Positions 39,995-53,900 of a DNA stretch of 64,000 nt are shown here, one piece after another. This stretch comes from Pristiophorus japonicus (lineage: Eukaryota): NCBI RefSeq assembly GCF_044704955.1, contig NC_091999.1:56606001-56670000 (forward strand), in the 5' to 3' direction. Below the pieces are notes generated by a model. The model saw nothing but the letters and a program-made list of their open reading frames with translations. It had not been told where the DNA came from and did not search any database. The position numbers were made by a program, and so were the translations under genes. How positions within the stretch are numbered: the stretch's first letter is position 1; every line of letters begins with the position of its first letter.

Positions 39995-41213
39995 TGCAAA
40001 TGTATGTGTGTCTGTGCCTGTATGTACAAATCATAAAATGTGCAATTGCATGCCACAAAGATAAATGATTATCTTCAACCATTATATTTCAGCATTTTAT
40101 TTCAATGAACAGCTAATTGCAGATCGTTTAATACCTTTAACATTTATTGATGCCACATTGTCTTGCATACTCTCCTTTAGAAAGTGATGTCACGCTGACC
40201 TTTCTGTTATCAAGGTGACCATGTCTGTCCGCAGTTTTCAGTGGGAAAGGGGATTAAATTAAACCGAGGAAAATGAGCAGCCAGCCACTAGTCTCTGCGC
40301 GTTATTGTCCAGTGATCACCTCACCATCACACAGAATCCCCTGATATGCACCTGCAGTGTGTGATGATTACTGCAAATGATGGTAAACATGAAACTGCAC
40401 CTGTACCAGGCTTGAGGTTAATAAATCTGTAAATAGCTGACTCATTGTTTCTCTCATTACACCCAGACACCGTCGCAGTTTTTACTGCAATAGACCAAGT
40501 CTCAGTTTATATCGTTGTTGTGGGTGACTTCCAAAAGGTGTTTGAAAAAGTGCCCTGACAATATCTTGGCCAGCAATGTTGAAGCCGATAGAATAAAAGG
40601 GACAGTGGCAGCATGGATACGAAATTGACTGAGTGACAGGAATCAGAGAGCAGTGATTTTTTTGACTGGAGGAAGGTATACAGTGGTGCTCTCAGCAGTT
40701 GGTGCCAGGAACACTCCTTTTCTTGATTTATATTCATGACTTAGATTCAGGTGTAAGGGCACAATTTCAAAAGTTGCAGATGACTCAAGCTTGGAAGTAT
40801 AGTGAACAGTGAGGAGGATAGTAGGTGACTTCAAGAGGACATAGACATGCTGGTGGAATAGACGGACACGTGGCAAATAAAAAGCAGAAAATTGTGAAGT
40901 GATACATTTTGGTAGGAAGAACGAGGAGAGGCAAAATAAAAAAAAGGATATAATTCTAAAGGGTGTAATGAACACAGAGATCTGGGGGTATATGTGCACA
41001 AATCATTAAATGGGCAGGTTGAGAAAGTGTTTTAAAAAGCATACGACATCCTTGGCTTCATAAATAGAGCCATAGAATACAAAAGCAAGGAAATTATGAT
41101 GAACCTGTATAAAACACTGATTAGGCCGCAAATGGAGTATTGTGTCCAATTCTGGGCACCGCGCTTTAGTAAAGATATGAAGGCTTTAGACAGGGTGCAG
41201 AAAAGATTTACGT

Positions 41214-44200
41214 GTGGTTCCAGGGATAAGGTACTTCAGTTATGTGGTTAGAGTGGAGAAGCTGGGGTTCTTCTCCTCAGAGCAGAGAAGGGTGACATGA
41301 GATTTGATAGAGGTGTTCAGAATCATAAGGGGTCTAGACAGAGTAGCTGGCAAAAAACTTTTCCCAATTGGCGGAAGGGTTGAGAAAATAGGACACAGAT
41401 TTAACGTGATTGACAGAAGAACCAAAGGCGACAAAACAGAAATATTTTTATGCAGCGAGTGTTTAGAATCTGAAATGTGATAGGGGCAGATTCAATCATG
41501 GCATTGCAAAGGGAATTCGATCAGAACATGAAGTAAGAAAATTCACAGGGCTTCGTGAAAGGGCGGGGCAGTGGACTAGCTGAAATGCTCTTGCAGAGCG
41601 CGGTACGGGCTATATGGACCGAAAGACCCTCTTCTGTGCTGTAACCATTCTATGATTTTATAATACACCAGAGCCTGTCTCAGTTGTTATTGAACTAGAC
41701 ACTATTCCAGTTTATATAACCCCACATACCAAGTTAAATATTCACTCCCTCCACCACCATGTCTGCAGTGATTACTATCCACAAGATGCGTTGCAGTAGC
41801 TCGCCAAGACATCTTCGACAGCTCTTTCCAAACCTACGACCTCTTCCAACTAGAAGGGCGAGGGCAGCAGGCTCATGAGAACACCATCATCTCCACGTAC
41901 CCGTCCAAATCACACACCTTCCTGATTTGGAAATTGATTATCGTTCCTTCAGAGTCGCAGGGTCAGATTCGTGGAACCCCCTCCCTAACACTGTGCAAGT
42001 ACCTTCACCACACGGTCTGCAGCAGATCAAGGTGGCAGCTCACCACCTGCTTCTCAAGGCCAATTATGGATAGACCATTACTGCTCTAGACCATGTAACT
42101 CCCAGGTCAGGTACAGCATGTGTCAGATACAAGAAAACTTCCTCTTTCCTGTCCCATCACACACTACACGGGCAGGTACAGCACGGGTGAGGCATAGAAT
42201 AATGCTCCCTCTAAAAAGTCCCATCAAACAATCCCAGGGCAGGTACAGCACTGGTTAGATACAGAGTAAAGCTATCCCGACAAAGTCCCATCAAAGAATC
42301 CCAGGGCAGGTACAGCACTGGTTAGACACAGAGTTCAAGCTCCCCCTACAAAGTCCCATCAAACAATCTCAGGGCAATTACAGCACGGGTTAGATACAGA
42401 GTAAAGATCCCTCTACACTGTCCCATCAAATACTCGCATGTCATTTAATGCACAGTTCACATTTTGGATTAAAGATCCCTCTGTGCACTCCAATCAATTT
42501 GGTCCGAGGCATATCCTTATGGCTGAGGGAAATCTTTTGTTATCTGTTGAGATTTATTTGTGGGGAAATGTCAACGAACAATTCTTGACAGATGGAACAG
42601 AAAATGGAAAAAGGAGAGGGAGACGGTACATGTGATATTGTTCTATATGCTGACGAGAAGGAATCTTTCCCCATTCTGTCCGTGGGTTTCATCTTTACTT
42701 TATTCTAATATAATTTAGTAAAATGCACCGAAAAACAATTGTTACTGGAATCTGTTGAGACATTTCCATTTCTCTCTATCTTTATTTCGATGCTGTATTG
42801 GTGGGGAAACATTTATTGTGTCTCTGTCGCTCAATACTCTAATCTGGGACTTCTATGTTTGTGTTTGTTTCCATAAACGCCTCACTGGTTGCCATGACGT
42901 GTTCAATGCTGCAAAATCAGAACAACAGAGTCACTTATTGATTAGTCTCAACTCAGAACAATGTCTCATTTGAAGCATAGTGACAGTGGGTACACATAAG
43001 TAGAAAGATGTCGAACAGTCACCTTGGCTTCAGTTTTGTTCAATTACAACAGATGTGATTTATATCAAAGGGAATAAATATTAAAATTAGTAATTCAGTT
43101 CTGAAAGTTCTGCTTAATCAGTGGAACATCTCTGAACAGGTCGTATTCCACTGGATCTCCATTTAAAATTAAATAAGTTTAACGAGTGAGCAGAGGCGTG
43201 TTCGACAATCACAGTAATATCTAAGCTGTTCACATATTGTAACTTGTATTTTGAAATGTTGACATTTAGAAATACCTTGCATTATATAGCGCCTTTCATG
43301 GCCTCATGATGTCCCAAAGTGATTTACAGCGAATGATTTACTTTGGAAGTGCGGTCACTATTGTAATGTAGGAAACGTGGCTGTCAATTGGTGCACAGCA
43401 AGATCCCGCAAACAGCAATGAAATAATGATCAGATAATCTATTTTTCAAATGTTGGTTGAGGGATAAGTATTTGCGCTGGAAACCCTGGAGAACTCCTCT
43501 GCTCTTTAATATAGTGCCATGAGTCCTTTAAAGCCAACTGAGTGGGAAGATGGACCTCAGTTTAATGTCTGCCCTGAAAGATGGCACCTCTGACCGTGCA
43601 GCACTCCCTCAGTACTGGCACCGGGAGAGTCAGCGTAGATTATGGATCAGGTTTCTGGAGTGGGGTTTAGTATCTGTGACCTTCTGAGTCAGAGGCGAGA
43701 GTGATCCCACTGAGCCGAGGCTAGAATATATCACATCTTGTATTTTAGAATGCTGCCATTAAACTCCTTGTGTCTGAAGTTCAGGGCCTGAGCACAGTCT
43801 TACACCGCTCCATTTATTATCAGGGGCCAGTTCTCTTTTCTTGCTTGGGATGTCATTCCCACACTGGGATTTACATTGGGTACATAGAAAAATGTCAGCG
43901 ATTCCACGGGGAACATCTGGAAGTGCCCGAGGCAGAAGGAGTCACCGAACTTGAGTTTTACACTGTGTGAGCTGCATGATCAGAGCAGCTGGAAGCTGGG
44001 ACTGTGCTCGTTAGAACCGAGCAGGTTATGGGCCATTTAATAGAGGTGTTCAAAATGATGAAGTGTTTTGATCGGCTATAAGGGGAGATGCTCCATCACT
44101 CCCTCCCACCATCCCTCCCTCCACCAGTATCTCCTTCTCTCCCTCCCTTCATTCCTCCCTCCATTAATTACACCCTCCCTACACCCAAACCTCCATCCCG

Positions 44201-47200
44201 CTGTCCCTCGCTACAACCCTGCTTCACTCCACCCCGCCCTTGCTCCACTCCTTCCACCCTCCATCCATCCCTCAGCCCAAATGATTCCTATTTTTCCCTT
44301 TGCAGTGTTTCTGCTTCCATCGATGGGGATTCCTCAGCTGGAATTTTCTGTGCCCAATTCCTTCACCGGGCTTTCATATATTTTAACAAATAAGAGAGAG
44401 CGAACGATGCTAAATCTATACATTTAATCCCTCCACGCTCCCCTAAAAAAGTGACGTGAAATAACATGTTGACCTTTCCGTAGTGGGAGTTGGTTAGAAA
44501 CTGGTGTTGGGTAGAAATTCTAGTTGTGGCAGTCAGGAAATTTTTACTTTTTTTAAATAAAAAGAATAAATTGTTACAAGACATCGTCGACTTTCAGCTG
44601 CCCTTTTTCCCACCCCCATCTCGCTGTTGAGGACGGACCAGTTCCCGCCTCGATCTCGCTGCCATTGTTTATGTGGGACGGTAGGACACAAGCTCTCACT
44701 ACGCGGACAGACTTTGAGAAGCTGGGGCTGTTCTCCTTACAGCAGAGAAGGCTGACGGGAGATTTACCAGATTGGTAGCAGTGATGACTGACTAGAAACA
44801 CTAGTTCAGCCCCAGCTAGAGTATTGTGTCCAATTCTGGGCACCACACTATCGGAAGTCCATGAAGTCTTTCGAGAGGGTGCAGAAGAGATTTACTGGAA
44901 ACGCATCAGGGATGGGCGATAACAAATATGTGGAGAGACTGGAGAAGCCGGTGCTGTTCTCCTTATAGCAGAAATGGTTAAGAGGAGATGTAGTAGATTA
45001 GTATCAGGCATGAGAGACTTCAGTTAATGTTGAGTTGAGGTCGAAGACCAGCCACAATGGCGGAGCAGGCTTGAGGGGCCGAATGGCCTATTCTTGCTCC
45101 TAATTGTTATGTCCTTATTTTCTTAAACTGAGACAGTGTGTAGTGCAGTATAACTCAGACAGGACCGAGTATAATATAAACCAGGTCATGAATTTTATAA
45201 ACAGAAAAATATCTGTTTCAGTAATTATTGATAAAGGGACTTATGTAATATAAACAGAGATATTGTCAGATATAATTTAAATTAAACATGTTCTGGTGCA
45301 GGAATAACTGGGACTGGGCCATGTGTAATATAAACAGGGACATGATCCAGTACAATATAAACGAAGACCAGGTTAACTACAATAATAACTTAGACAGTTG
45401 TGCCCTGCCTCAGTTATATTAATCTAGAGAATGCCTCTGTTAAAAGTACAGTAGGGCATATCTTAGTTTTTGTTGCAATAGAACTTGTCTCTGTTTATAT
45501 TACAGTAGGTCCAGTCTCTGTTTATATTACAGTAGACAATATCTCAGTTTATATTTAAGTAGACAATGACTCAATTTATAATACACTGGACAATATCTCT
45601 GTTTATATTACACTGGACAATGTCTCAGTTCATATTACACTAGACAATGTCTAATTTATATTACAGTAGACAATGTCTCAGTTTATATTACACTAGCCAA
45701 TATCTCTGTTTATATTACACCAGACAATGTCTCTGTTTATATTTTACTAGACAATGTCTCTGTTTATATTGCACAAGAATTTTTTTCTATTTATATTACG
45801 CAAGACAATGTGCATGTTTACATTGTCCTCGACAATGTTTCTGTTTATATTACACAAGACAATGTCCCTGTTTACATTACACGAGACAATGTCTCAGTTA
45901 TTACTGCACCAGACCATATCGCTGGTATATTACATTAGGTCCTGTCTCCATTAGTACTGTACTAGACTCTGTTTCTGTTAATATTGCACAATGTCCAGCC
46001 TCATTCATCATTGCACTAGACCCGGTCACTAGTTATATTACACTATGTTCTGCATCTGTTCATATTACACTGGGCCATATCTCAGTTATTACTGTACTAA
46101 GCCATGTCTCTCTTTATATTACACAAGGCTCTCTCTGTTAGTAGTGCATGAGAACACGTGTCTCTTTATATTACACTAGGCTCTGTCTCAGTTATCGCTG
46201 CACTAGACCATGCATGTGATTAAATTTCACTCAGCCTTGTCTCAGTTTACATTACACGATGCCCTCTCTCAGTTTATTATTGTAATGGACCGTGCCTGTA
46301 TTCATATAGTCTAAGATTAAATACTGTCTCATTTATTGCTGCACTCGGCTATGTATCTCTCATATTACACGAAATCTTGCCTCAGTTATAATGCACCAGG
46401 CAATGTTATTCTTATAGTACACTGGGCACTCTCAGTTATTACAATCTATACCATGTCTCTATATATGTTACACTCGGCACTGTCGCAGTTTTTACTACAC
46501 TAGACGATGTCTCCTCTTTATATTGCTCTAGGTGTTGTCTCTGTTATTAATGGATTAGAACATTCCTCAGTTTAAATTTCACGATACGCTTTCTCAATTA
46601 GTACTGAACTATACCATTCTTCTACTCAATTAGATGACGGATGATCGGCATCTTAACTCCATCGACCAGGATTAGTTCCGTCACACGTGACATCCTAACG
46701 GAACCAAAATCGACCAATCAATCTCTGGAGCAATCAGAAAATAATGCCTCTGCCAGTTATAGCCTTCCCTTTATGAAGTGATTTGATAGGGTTAATAGTG
46801 AGACACTGTTTACACTGCCAGGAGTGTCGGTAACCAGAGGGCACAGATTTAAGATCCTTTGCAAAAAAATAACAGAAGGGAGATGAGGAGATGTTTTGAT
46901 ATAGCAAGTTGTTCTGATCTGAATTGCAGAATCTATACCTTATCTTTCGTTTTTATAAATAGAGATATAGGGTGCAAATGCAAGGAACGTATTGCTAAGC
47001 ATCTGGAAGGCATTGTTTTTTGTGAGCGCCATATTTAGGAACGATTGAACGGCCTTGGCAATGGTGCAGCGGAAAGTTACTAGAATAGTACTTTGGATTA
47101 AAGACTTCAGTAAAGTGAAGACACTCGGGGCATTGGTATTGTTGTCATTCGCGCAGAGAAGGCTAAAGTGAGCTTGATAAACATGTTCAAGATCGGGAAT

Positions 47201-50200
47201 GGGTCTGACACTATAAATAAGAAGATAATTTTTCATTGGCTGACCGGTCTGTAACTAGAGGATACAGATTTAAGGAACTTGGCAAAAGAACCAGAGGCGA
47301 AATGAGGAAAAAGAAATACACAACGAGCTGTTATGATCTTGAATCCACTACCTGATAGGGTGCTGGAAGCAGTTCCGGTAATAAGTTTCAAAGGGGAATT
47401 GGGTAAATAATGGTATTTGAAAAAATGCAGGGATATTGGGAAACAGCAAGGGGAGTGGGACTAATTGCTTAGCTGTTTCAGCTTAGTGCCGGCGCAGGCA
47501 CAAGTGGGCTGAATGTGCACATTATCTACTGTATCATTCTCTATTCTGTTATTCTATAACTACATCATGTCTAGGTTCATATTACACTAAGACCCGTCTC
47601 TATTTATAAAACACTAGATCCTGCCGCAGTTATTATTGCAATGGACAAGGAATCTTTTTACATCACGCTAGGACATAAGAATATTAGAAAATAAGAAATA
47701 GGAGCAGGACGAGGCCATTTGGCTCCTTGAGCCTGCATTGCCATTTAGTCATGGCTGATCTGATCATGGACCCAGCTCCACTTCCCTGCCAGTTCCCATA
47801 ACCCTTTATTCCCTTATCGCTCTAAGATCTGTCCATCTCCGTCTCACATATATTCAATGACCCAGCCTCCACAGCTCTTTCTGGCACAGAATTCCACAGC
47901 TTCACAACCCTCCAAGAGAAGAAATTCCTCCTTATCTCAATATGAACTGGGTAGCCACACATTCTGAGAGTAAGCCCCCTAGGTTTAGTTTCCCCTATGA
48001 GTGGAAATATCCTCTCTTCATCCATCTTGTCGAACCCCTTCATTATCTTATATGTTTCGATAAAAACACCTCTCATTCTTCTGAATTCCAACAAGTATAG
48101 GCCCAACCTACTCAACCTTTCTTCATAAGACAACCACCTCATCTTCGGAATCAACCTAGTGAACCTTATCTGAACAGCCTCCAATGCAAGTATATCCCTC
48201 CTTAAATGCGGAGACCGAAACTGTAAGCAGTACTCCAGGTTTGGCCTCACCAATACAGTGTACAGTTGTAGCAGGACATCTCTGCTTTTATACTCTATCT
48301 CCCTTGCAATAAAGGCCAAAATTCCATTTGCCTTCCTGATTATTTGCTTTATCTGCATACTAACTTTTTGTGGTTCATGCACAAGGACCCTCAGGGTCCT
48401 TCTTTACCGCAGCACTTAGCAATTTTTCTCCATTTAAATTATAATTTTATTTTTTATTTTTTCTGCCAAAGTGGACAACCTCACATTTTCCCACATTATA
48501 CATCGTGAGACAAATTTTTGCCCACTCACTTAGCTCGTCTAGATCCTCTTGCAGATTTTTTAGTGTCTTCCTCACAATTTGCTTTCCCACCCAACATTTC
48601 GTTTTGCTCCCCCACTTGAATGGCCCCCTTACCTCGGTTCTGTGGTCAGTTTACTCTTCCACCCTGCAGTCCCTGTCTTGGTAATTGAGACCCTGGACCC
48701 TGTTACAGTTATTACTGCAATAGACCCAGTCTCTGTTTATATTACACTCGACCCTGTTTCTGTTTATATCACTCTACACTCTGTCTCTATTTATATTATA
48801 TTAGACCTTGTTTCTGTTTATATTACACTCGACCCTGTCTCTGTTTCTATCACTCTACACCGTGTCTTTGTTTATATTATATTAGACCCTATCTCCGTTT
48901 AATTTACACAAGGCCCTGTCCCTGTTTATATTGCAGTAGACCGTGTCTCTGTTTATATTACACAAGGCCCTGTCCCTGTTTATTTTACAATAAACCTTGC
49001 CGCTCTTTATATTACACTAGGCTCTGTCCCTGTTTATATTACACTATACCCTGTCTCTCTTTATATTACGCTAGACCCTGCCTATGTTTATATTATACTC
49101 GCCCCTATCTCTGTTTATATTACATTACACCCTGTATCCGTTATTTCTGACATAGACCATGTCTGAAATATACTATAATATACCCCATCCCTCTTCATAT
49201 TACACTAGACCATGTCTACAATATTAGTGCACTGGACGCTTCCTCTATTTATTATACAACAGACCCTGCTTCAGTTATTTCTGTACTTGACCATGCGTCT
49301 GTTACATCGGCAGAAGATTTAAAGTGGGATCGATAGATATTAATATAAATAAAGATGTATGTGTGTGTGGTTGTGAGGATACAATGTTTTTTGGTTTGAA
49401 GTATATGTTTAATTTTGTTAACAGCTATCAACAGTAATGTGCAATTACTAATTGGTCTGTTATTGTGTCGGTTATATTGGTGTTGAGAGGATGGGGTGAA
49501 TTTTGTAACAATCTTCCAGAACTGGGACTGGGATTGAGGGACAGGATTGAAGGTCAGCAATTCACTGCACTTTGCACTACTTAGTGGCACTCTGTGTGTT
49601 AAAGGTTACTGATTCACACGTGTGTTCTCCTGTGCCAATTCCTCCCTGTTCTTTAATGTTAAGGATTGTTTTTCCTCCAGTGTTTGCAATTTAGCTGTCA
49701 CGTGACCCATTGTTTGCGTCAGACAGAGCTAGGACCGTGACGTCACAGCACTGTCGGATGGGCGGCCGCGTGGTCCTAACATCCACCGGAAAAAATGTCT
49801 CATCTGGTTCAGATGAACGACTGAAAAGAGTATGTGTGTCTGTATGTGTGTGTATGTGTGTGTACAAAACACATCATTCATAATGTATGCATTCCACAAA
49901 GATAAATGATAAGCTTCAACCATTGTTTTTCAGCATTTTATTGTATTCAAAATGCAATTGCAGGTCGTTAATACCTTTACCATTTATTGATAACCCACTG
50001 TCTTGTGTGCTCTTGTTTAGAAAGCGTTGTCACACTGACCATTCCTTAACTAGGTGACCAAGTCTGTCCGCAGTATTCAGTGGGAAAGGGGATTAAATCA
50101 CACCGAGGATAATGAGCAGTCTCTGCGCTTTACTGTCCTGTGATCACCTCATCAGCACACAGATGCTCCTGAGATTTACTTCCAAAGTGTAAGTGATGGT

Positions 50201-50989
50201 AAAAATGAAAATGCATCTGTACCTGGCATGAGGTTAGCAAATCTGTAATTATCTAACTTATTGCTTCTCTCATTAAACCTAACCCCATCGCAGTTTTTAC
50301 TGGACAAGAGCCAGTCTTAGTTTATATGTTTGCTGTGGTCCACTTCCTTACCAGCAAAGTTGAAGCCAATAGAATAAAAAGGACAGTGGCAGCATGGATA
50401 TGAAATTGGTTGAGTGTCAGGAATCAAACAGTAGATTTTTTTGGACGATGGTAAGGTATACAGTGGTGTTCCGCAGCGACTGGTACTAGGAACTCTGCTT
50501 CTTTTGAGTTATATTCATGACATGGATTTTGGTATCTGGGGTACAATTTCAAAATTTTCAGCTGACTCAAAGCTTGGAAGCATAGTGAACAGTGAAGAGG
50601 ATAGTGATGGCTGCAAGAGGACATAGATGTGCTGGTGGAATGGGTGGACACGTGTCAAATAAAACGGAAAATTTTTTTAAGTGATACATTTTGATAGGAA
50701 GAAGGAGAGGCAAAATAAACGGAAGAGTAGAATTCTAAAGCGCGTGATGAACAGAACGACCTGGGGATATGTGTGCACAAATTATCGAAGGTGGCAGGGC
50801 AGGTTGAGAAAGTGCTTTAAAAAGCATACGGGATCCTGGGCTTCATTAATAGAGGCATAGAATACAAAAGCAATGATCAACCTGTATAAAACACTGGTTA
50901 GTCCGCAATTCAGTATTGTGTCCAATTCTGGGCACTGCACTTTAGGAAGTATGTGAAGGCCTGAGATAGGTTGCAGAAAACATTTACGT
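41214..50989. repeat. Segmental tandem duplication, unit 3 (~9.8 kb, middle ~45030-48690 replaced)
   Basis: Same flanking landmarks, different central segment. Confidence 0.92.
47672..48590 (-). mobile_element. CR1 LINE fragment, antisense, specific to unit 3
   Basis: ORF 47822-48382: KANGILAFI...RPNLEYC...RRMRG...WNSVP. Confidence 0.9.
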
Positions 50990-53900
50990 GTGGTTCCAGG
51001 GATAAGGTACTTCAGTTTTGTGGACAGACTGGAGAAGCTGGGGTTGTTCTTCCTAGAGCAGAGAAGGTTGAGATGAAATTTGAGAGAGGTATTCAGAATC
51101 ATTAGGGGTCTAGACAGATTAGCTGCCGAGAAACTGTTCCCATTGGCGTAAGAGTCGAGAACAGAGGACACAGATTTAAGGTGATTAGCAGGAGCACTAA
51201 AGGCGACATGGGGAAAGAGTTTTTAAGCATCGAGCGGTTAGGATCTGGAATGCACTGTCTGAAAGGGTGGTGGAGGCAGAGTCAATCATGGCATTACAAA
51301 TGGATTTGGATATGTAGCTGAAGGAAGAAAATTCACAGGGCTACGGGAAAGGACGTGGGAATAGACGAACTGAAATACTCTTGCAGAGAGCGGCACGGGC
51401 TATATGGGTCCAATGGCACTTTTATGTGCTATGACCATTCTATGATTGTATAATTACACCAGAGCCTGTCTCAGTTATTAGTATACTAGACACTGTTCCT
51501 GTTTATATTGCACCATCCATTAAAGATTCACTACCTCAACCATCGGCGGACCTTGTCTGCAGTGAGTATTAGCTACAAGATGCATTGCAGCAACTCGCCA
51601 AGACATCTTCGACAGCACTTTCCAAACCTATGACCTTTTCCACCTAGAAGGACAAGAGCAGCGGGATCATGGGAACACCATCACCTCCACGTACCCCTCC
51701 AAGTCACACACCATTCTGACTTGGAAATTTATTACGGTTCCTTCATAATTGCTGGGTCAAATTCGTGGAACCCCCTCCTTTACACTGTGGGAGTACCTTC
51801 ACCACACGGACTGCAAGCGGTTCAAGGTCGCAGTTCAACACCTGATTTTCAAGTCCAATTAGGGTTCGGCATTCAATGTTGGCCTTGCCAGCGACACCCA
51901 CATGCCAGGCATGAATAAAACACTGTCGCTGTATCAATAATTACTGCACTATGTCCTATCTCAGTTATTATTGCACTAGAGCTATTAATATTGTACTATG
52001 CCGTGTCTCAGATATTACTGGAATATGCCATGCCTTTGTTCCTATTACTTAGAACCATGTCTCTGCTTATAATAAACGAGACAAAGACACTGTTTTTATT
52101 ACACTAGCCCCATTCTTTCATGTTAAAAAACTCGGCCATGCCTCTGTTTATATTCAATAAGATCCTGTCTCTGTTATTACTGTACTAAACTCTGTAATTC
52201 ACAGGGCGCGTACAGCATGTGTCAGATCCAGAGTAATGCTAACGTTACACCGTTCCATCAAACACTCCCAGGGTAGGTACAGCTCGGGTTAGATACAGAA
52301 TAAAGCTCTCTGTCCCACTGTCCCATCAAACATTCCCAGGGCAGGTACGGCACGGGTTAGATACAGAGTAAAGCTCCCTCTACACCGTCCCATCAAACAT
52401 TCCCAGCGCCGGTACAGCACGGGTTAGATACAGTGTAAAGTTCTCTCTACTTTGTCCCATCAAAAAACTCCCAGATCATTTCATACACATGTCACATTTT
52501 GGATTAAAGCTACCTCTGCGCACTATCATCAACATGGTTTGAAGTATTTCAGTAGGGCTCAAGGAAAACGTTTGTTAGATATTGACATCGAGTTGTGGGG
52601 GGGAGGCCAATTATCCATTCTTGAGAGACAAGACATAAAGTGGAAACAGGGGAGGGAGAGGACACAGGAAATCTCCACTGTCACATTTGTGATGTCACTA
52701 TATATGGTGACTAGAATCTTTCCCAATTCTGACCGTGGGGATAATCTTTACTTTATTCTCCTATAATTTAGAAAAATGTACCAAAAAACAATTGTTGCTG
52801 GAATCTGTTGAGAGATTTGCATTTCTCTCTATCTTTACTTCTGTGCTGTGTTGGTGGGGAAACATTTATTGTGTTTCTGTCGCTCAATGCTCTAATCTGG
52901 GACTTCTATTTCTGTGTTTATTTACATAAACGCCTCACTGATTCCCATGAAGTGTTCATGGCAGCAAAATCAGATCAACAGAGTCACTTATTGATTCGTT
53001 TCATCTCACAACAAGGGCTTATTTTAAGAATATTGACATTTGGTACACAGATATATACATATCTCGATCTGTGAATTTGGCTTCAGTTTTGTTCAATTAG
53101 AGCAGATGTGTTTTATATCAAAGGGAATAAATTGCAAAATGAATAATTCAGTTCTGAAAGTTCTGCAGCTGAAATCAGTGGAACATCCCTGAACAGGCTA
53201 ATATTCCACTGGATCTCCATCTATTGGAAGATTTAACCCATTGAAACTAAATAAGTTAAACCAGTGACCAGAGGAGTGCCCGACAATCACAGTAATATCT
53301 GAGCTTTTCACATATCGGAACGTCTATTTTCAAATGTTGACATTTAGAAACACCTTGCAGCGACTTTCCTGACCTCATGTTGTCCCAAACAGCTTTACAG
53401 CCAATTATTTTTTCCGGAAGTGTGGTCACTGTTGTAATGTAGGAAATGTGGCAGCCAATTTATGCACAGCAAGATCCCACAAACACCAATGAAATAATGA
53501 TCGGATAATCTATGTATCAGATGTTGGTTGAGGGATAGGTTTTTGCGCGGGAAACTGTGGAGAACTCCTCTGCTCTTTAGGATAGTACCATTAGTCCTTT
53601 ATATCCAGCTGAGTGGGAAGCTGGGGCCTCAGTTTAATGCCTGCCCCAAAAGACGGCACATCTGACCATGCAGCATTCCCTCAGTACTGGCATCGGATGT
53701 GTCAGCACAGCTTAAGGGCTCAGGTCTCTGGAGTGGGGTTTAGTATCTGTGACCTTCTGAGTCAGAGGCGAAAGTGATCCCACTGAACCGAGGCTTGAAC
53801 ATATCACAGATTGTATATTAAAATGTTGCCATTCAGCTCATCGTGTCTGAAGTTCAAGACCTGAGCCCAGTCTTACACCGCTCCATTTATTATCAGGGGC

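Larger units (their letters stand above)
27025..41213. repeat. Segmental tandem duplication, unit 2 (~14.2 kb, includes hAT insertion)
   Basis: Same landmark order as unit 1. Confidence 0.95.
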
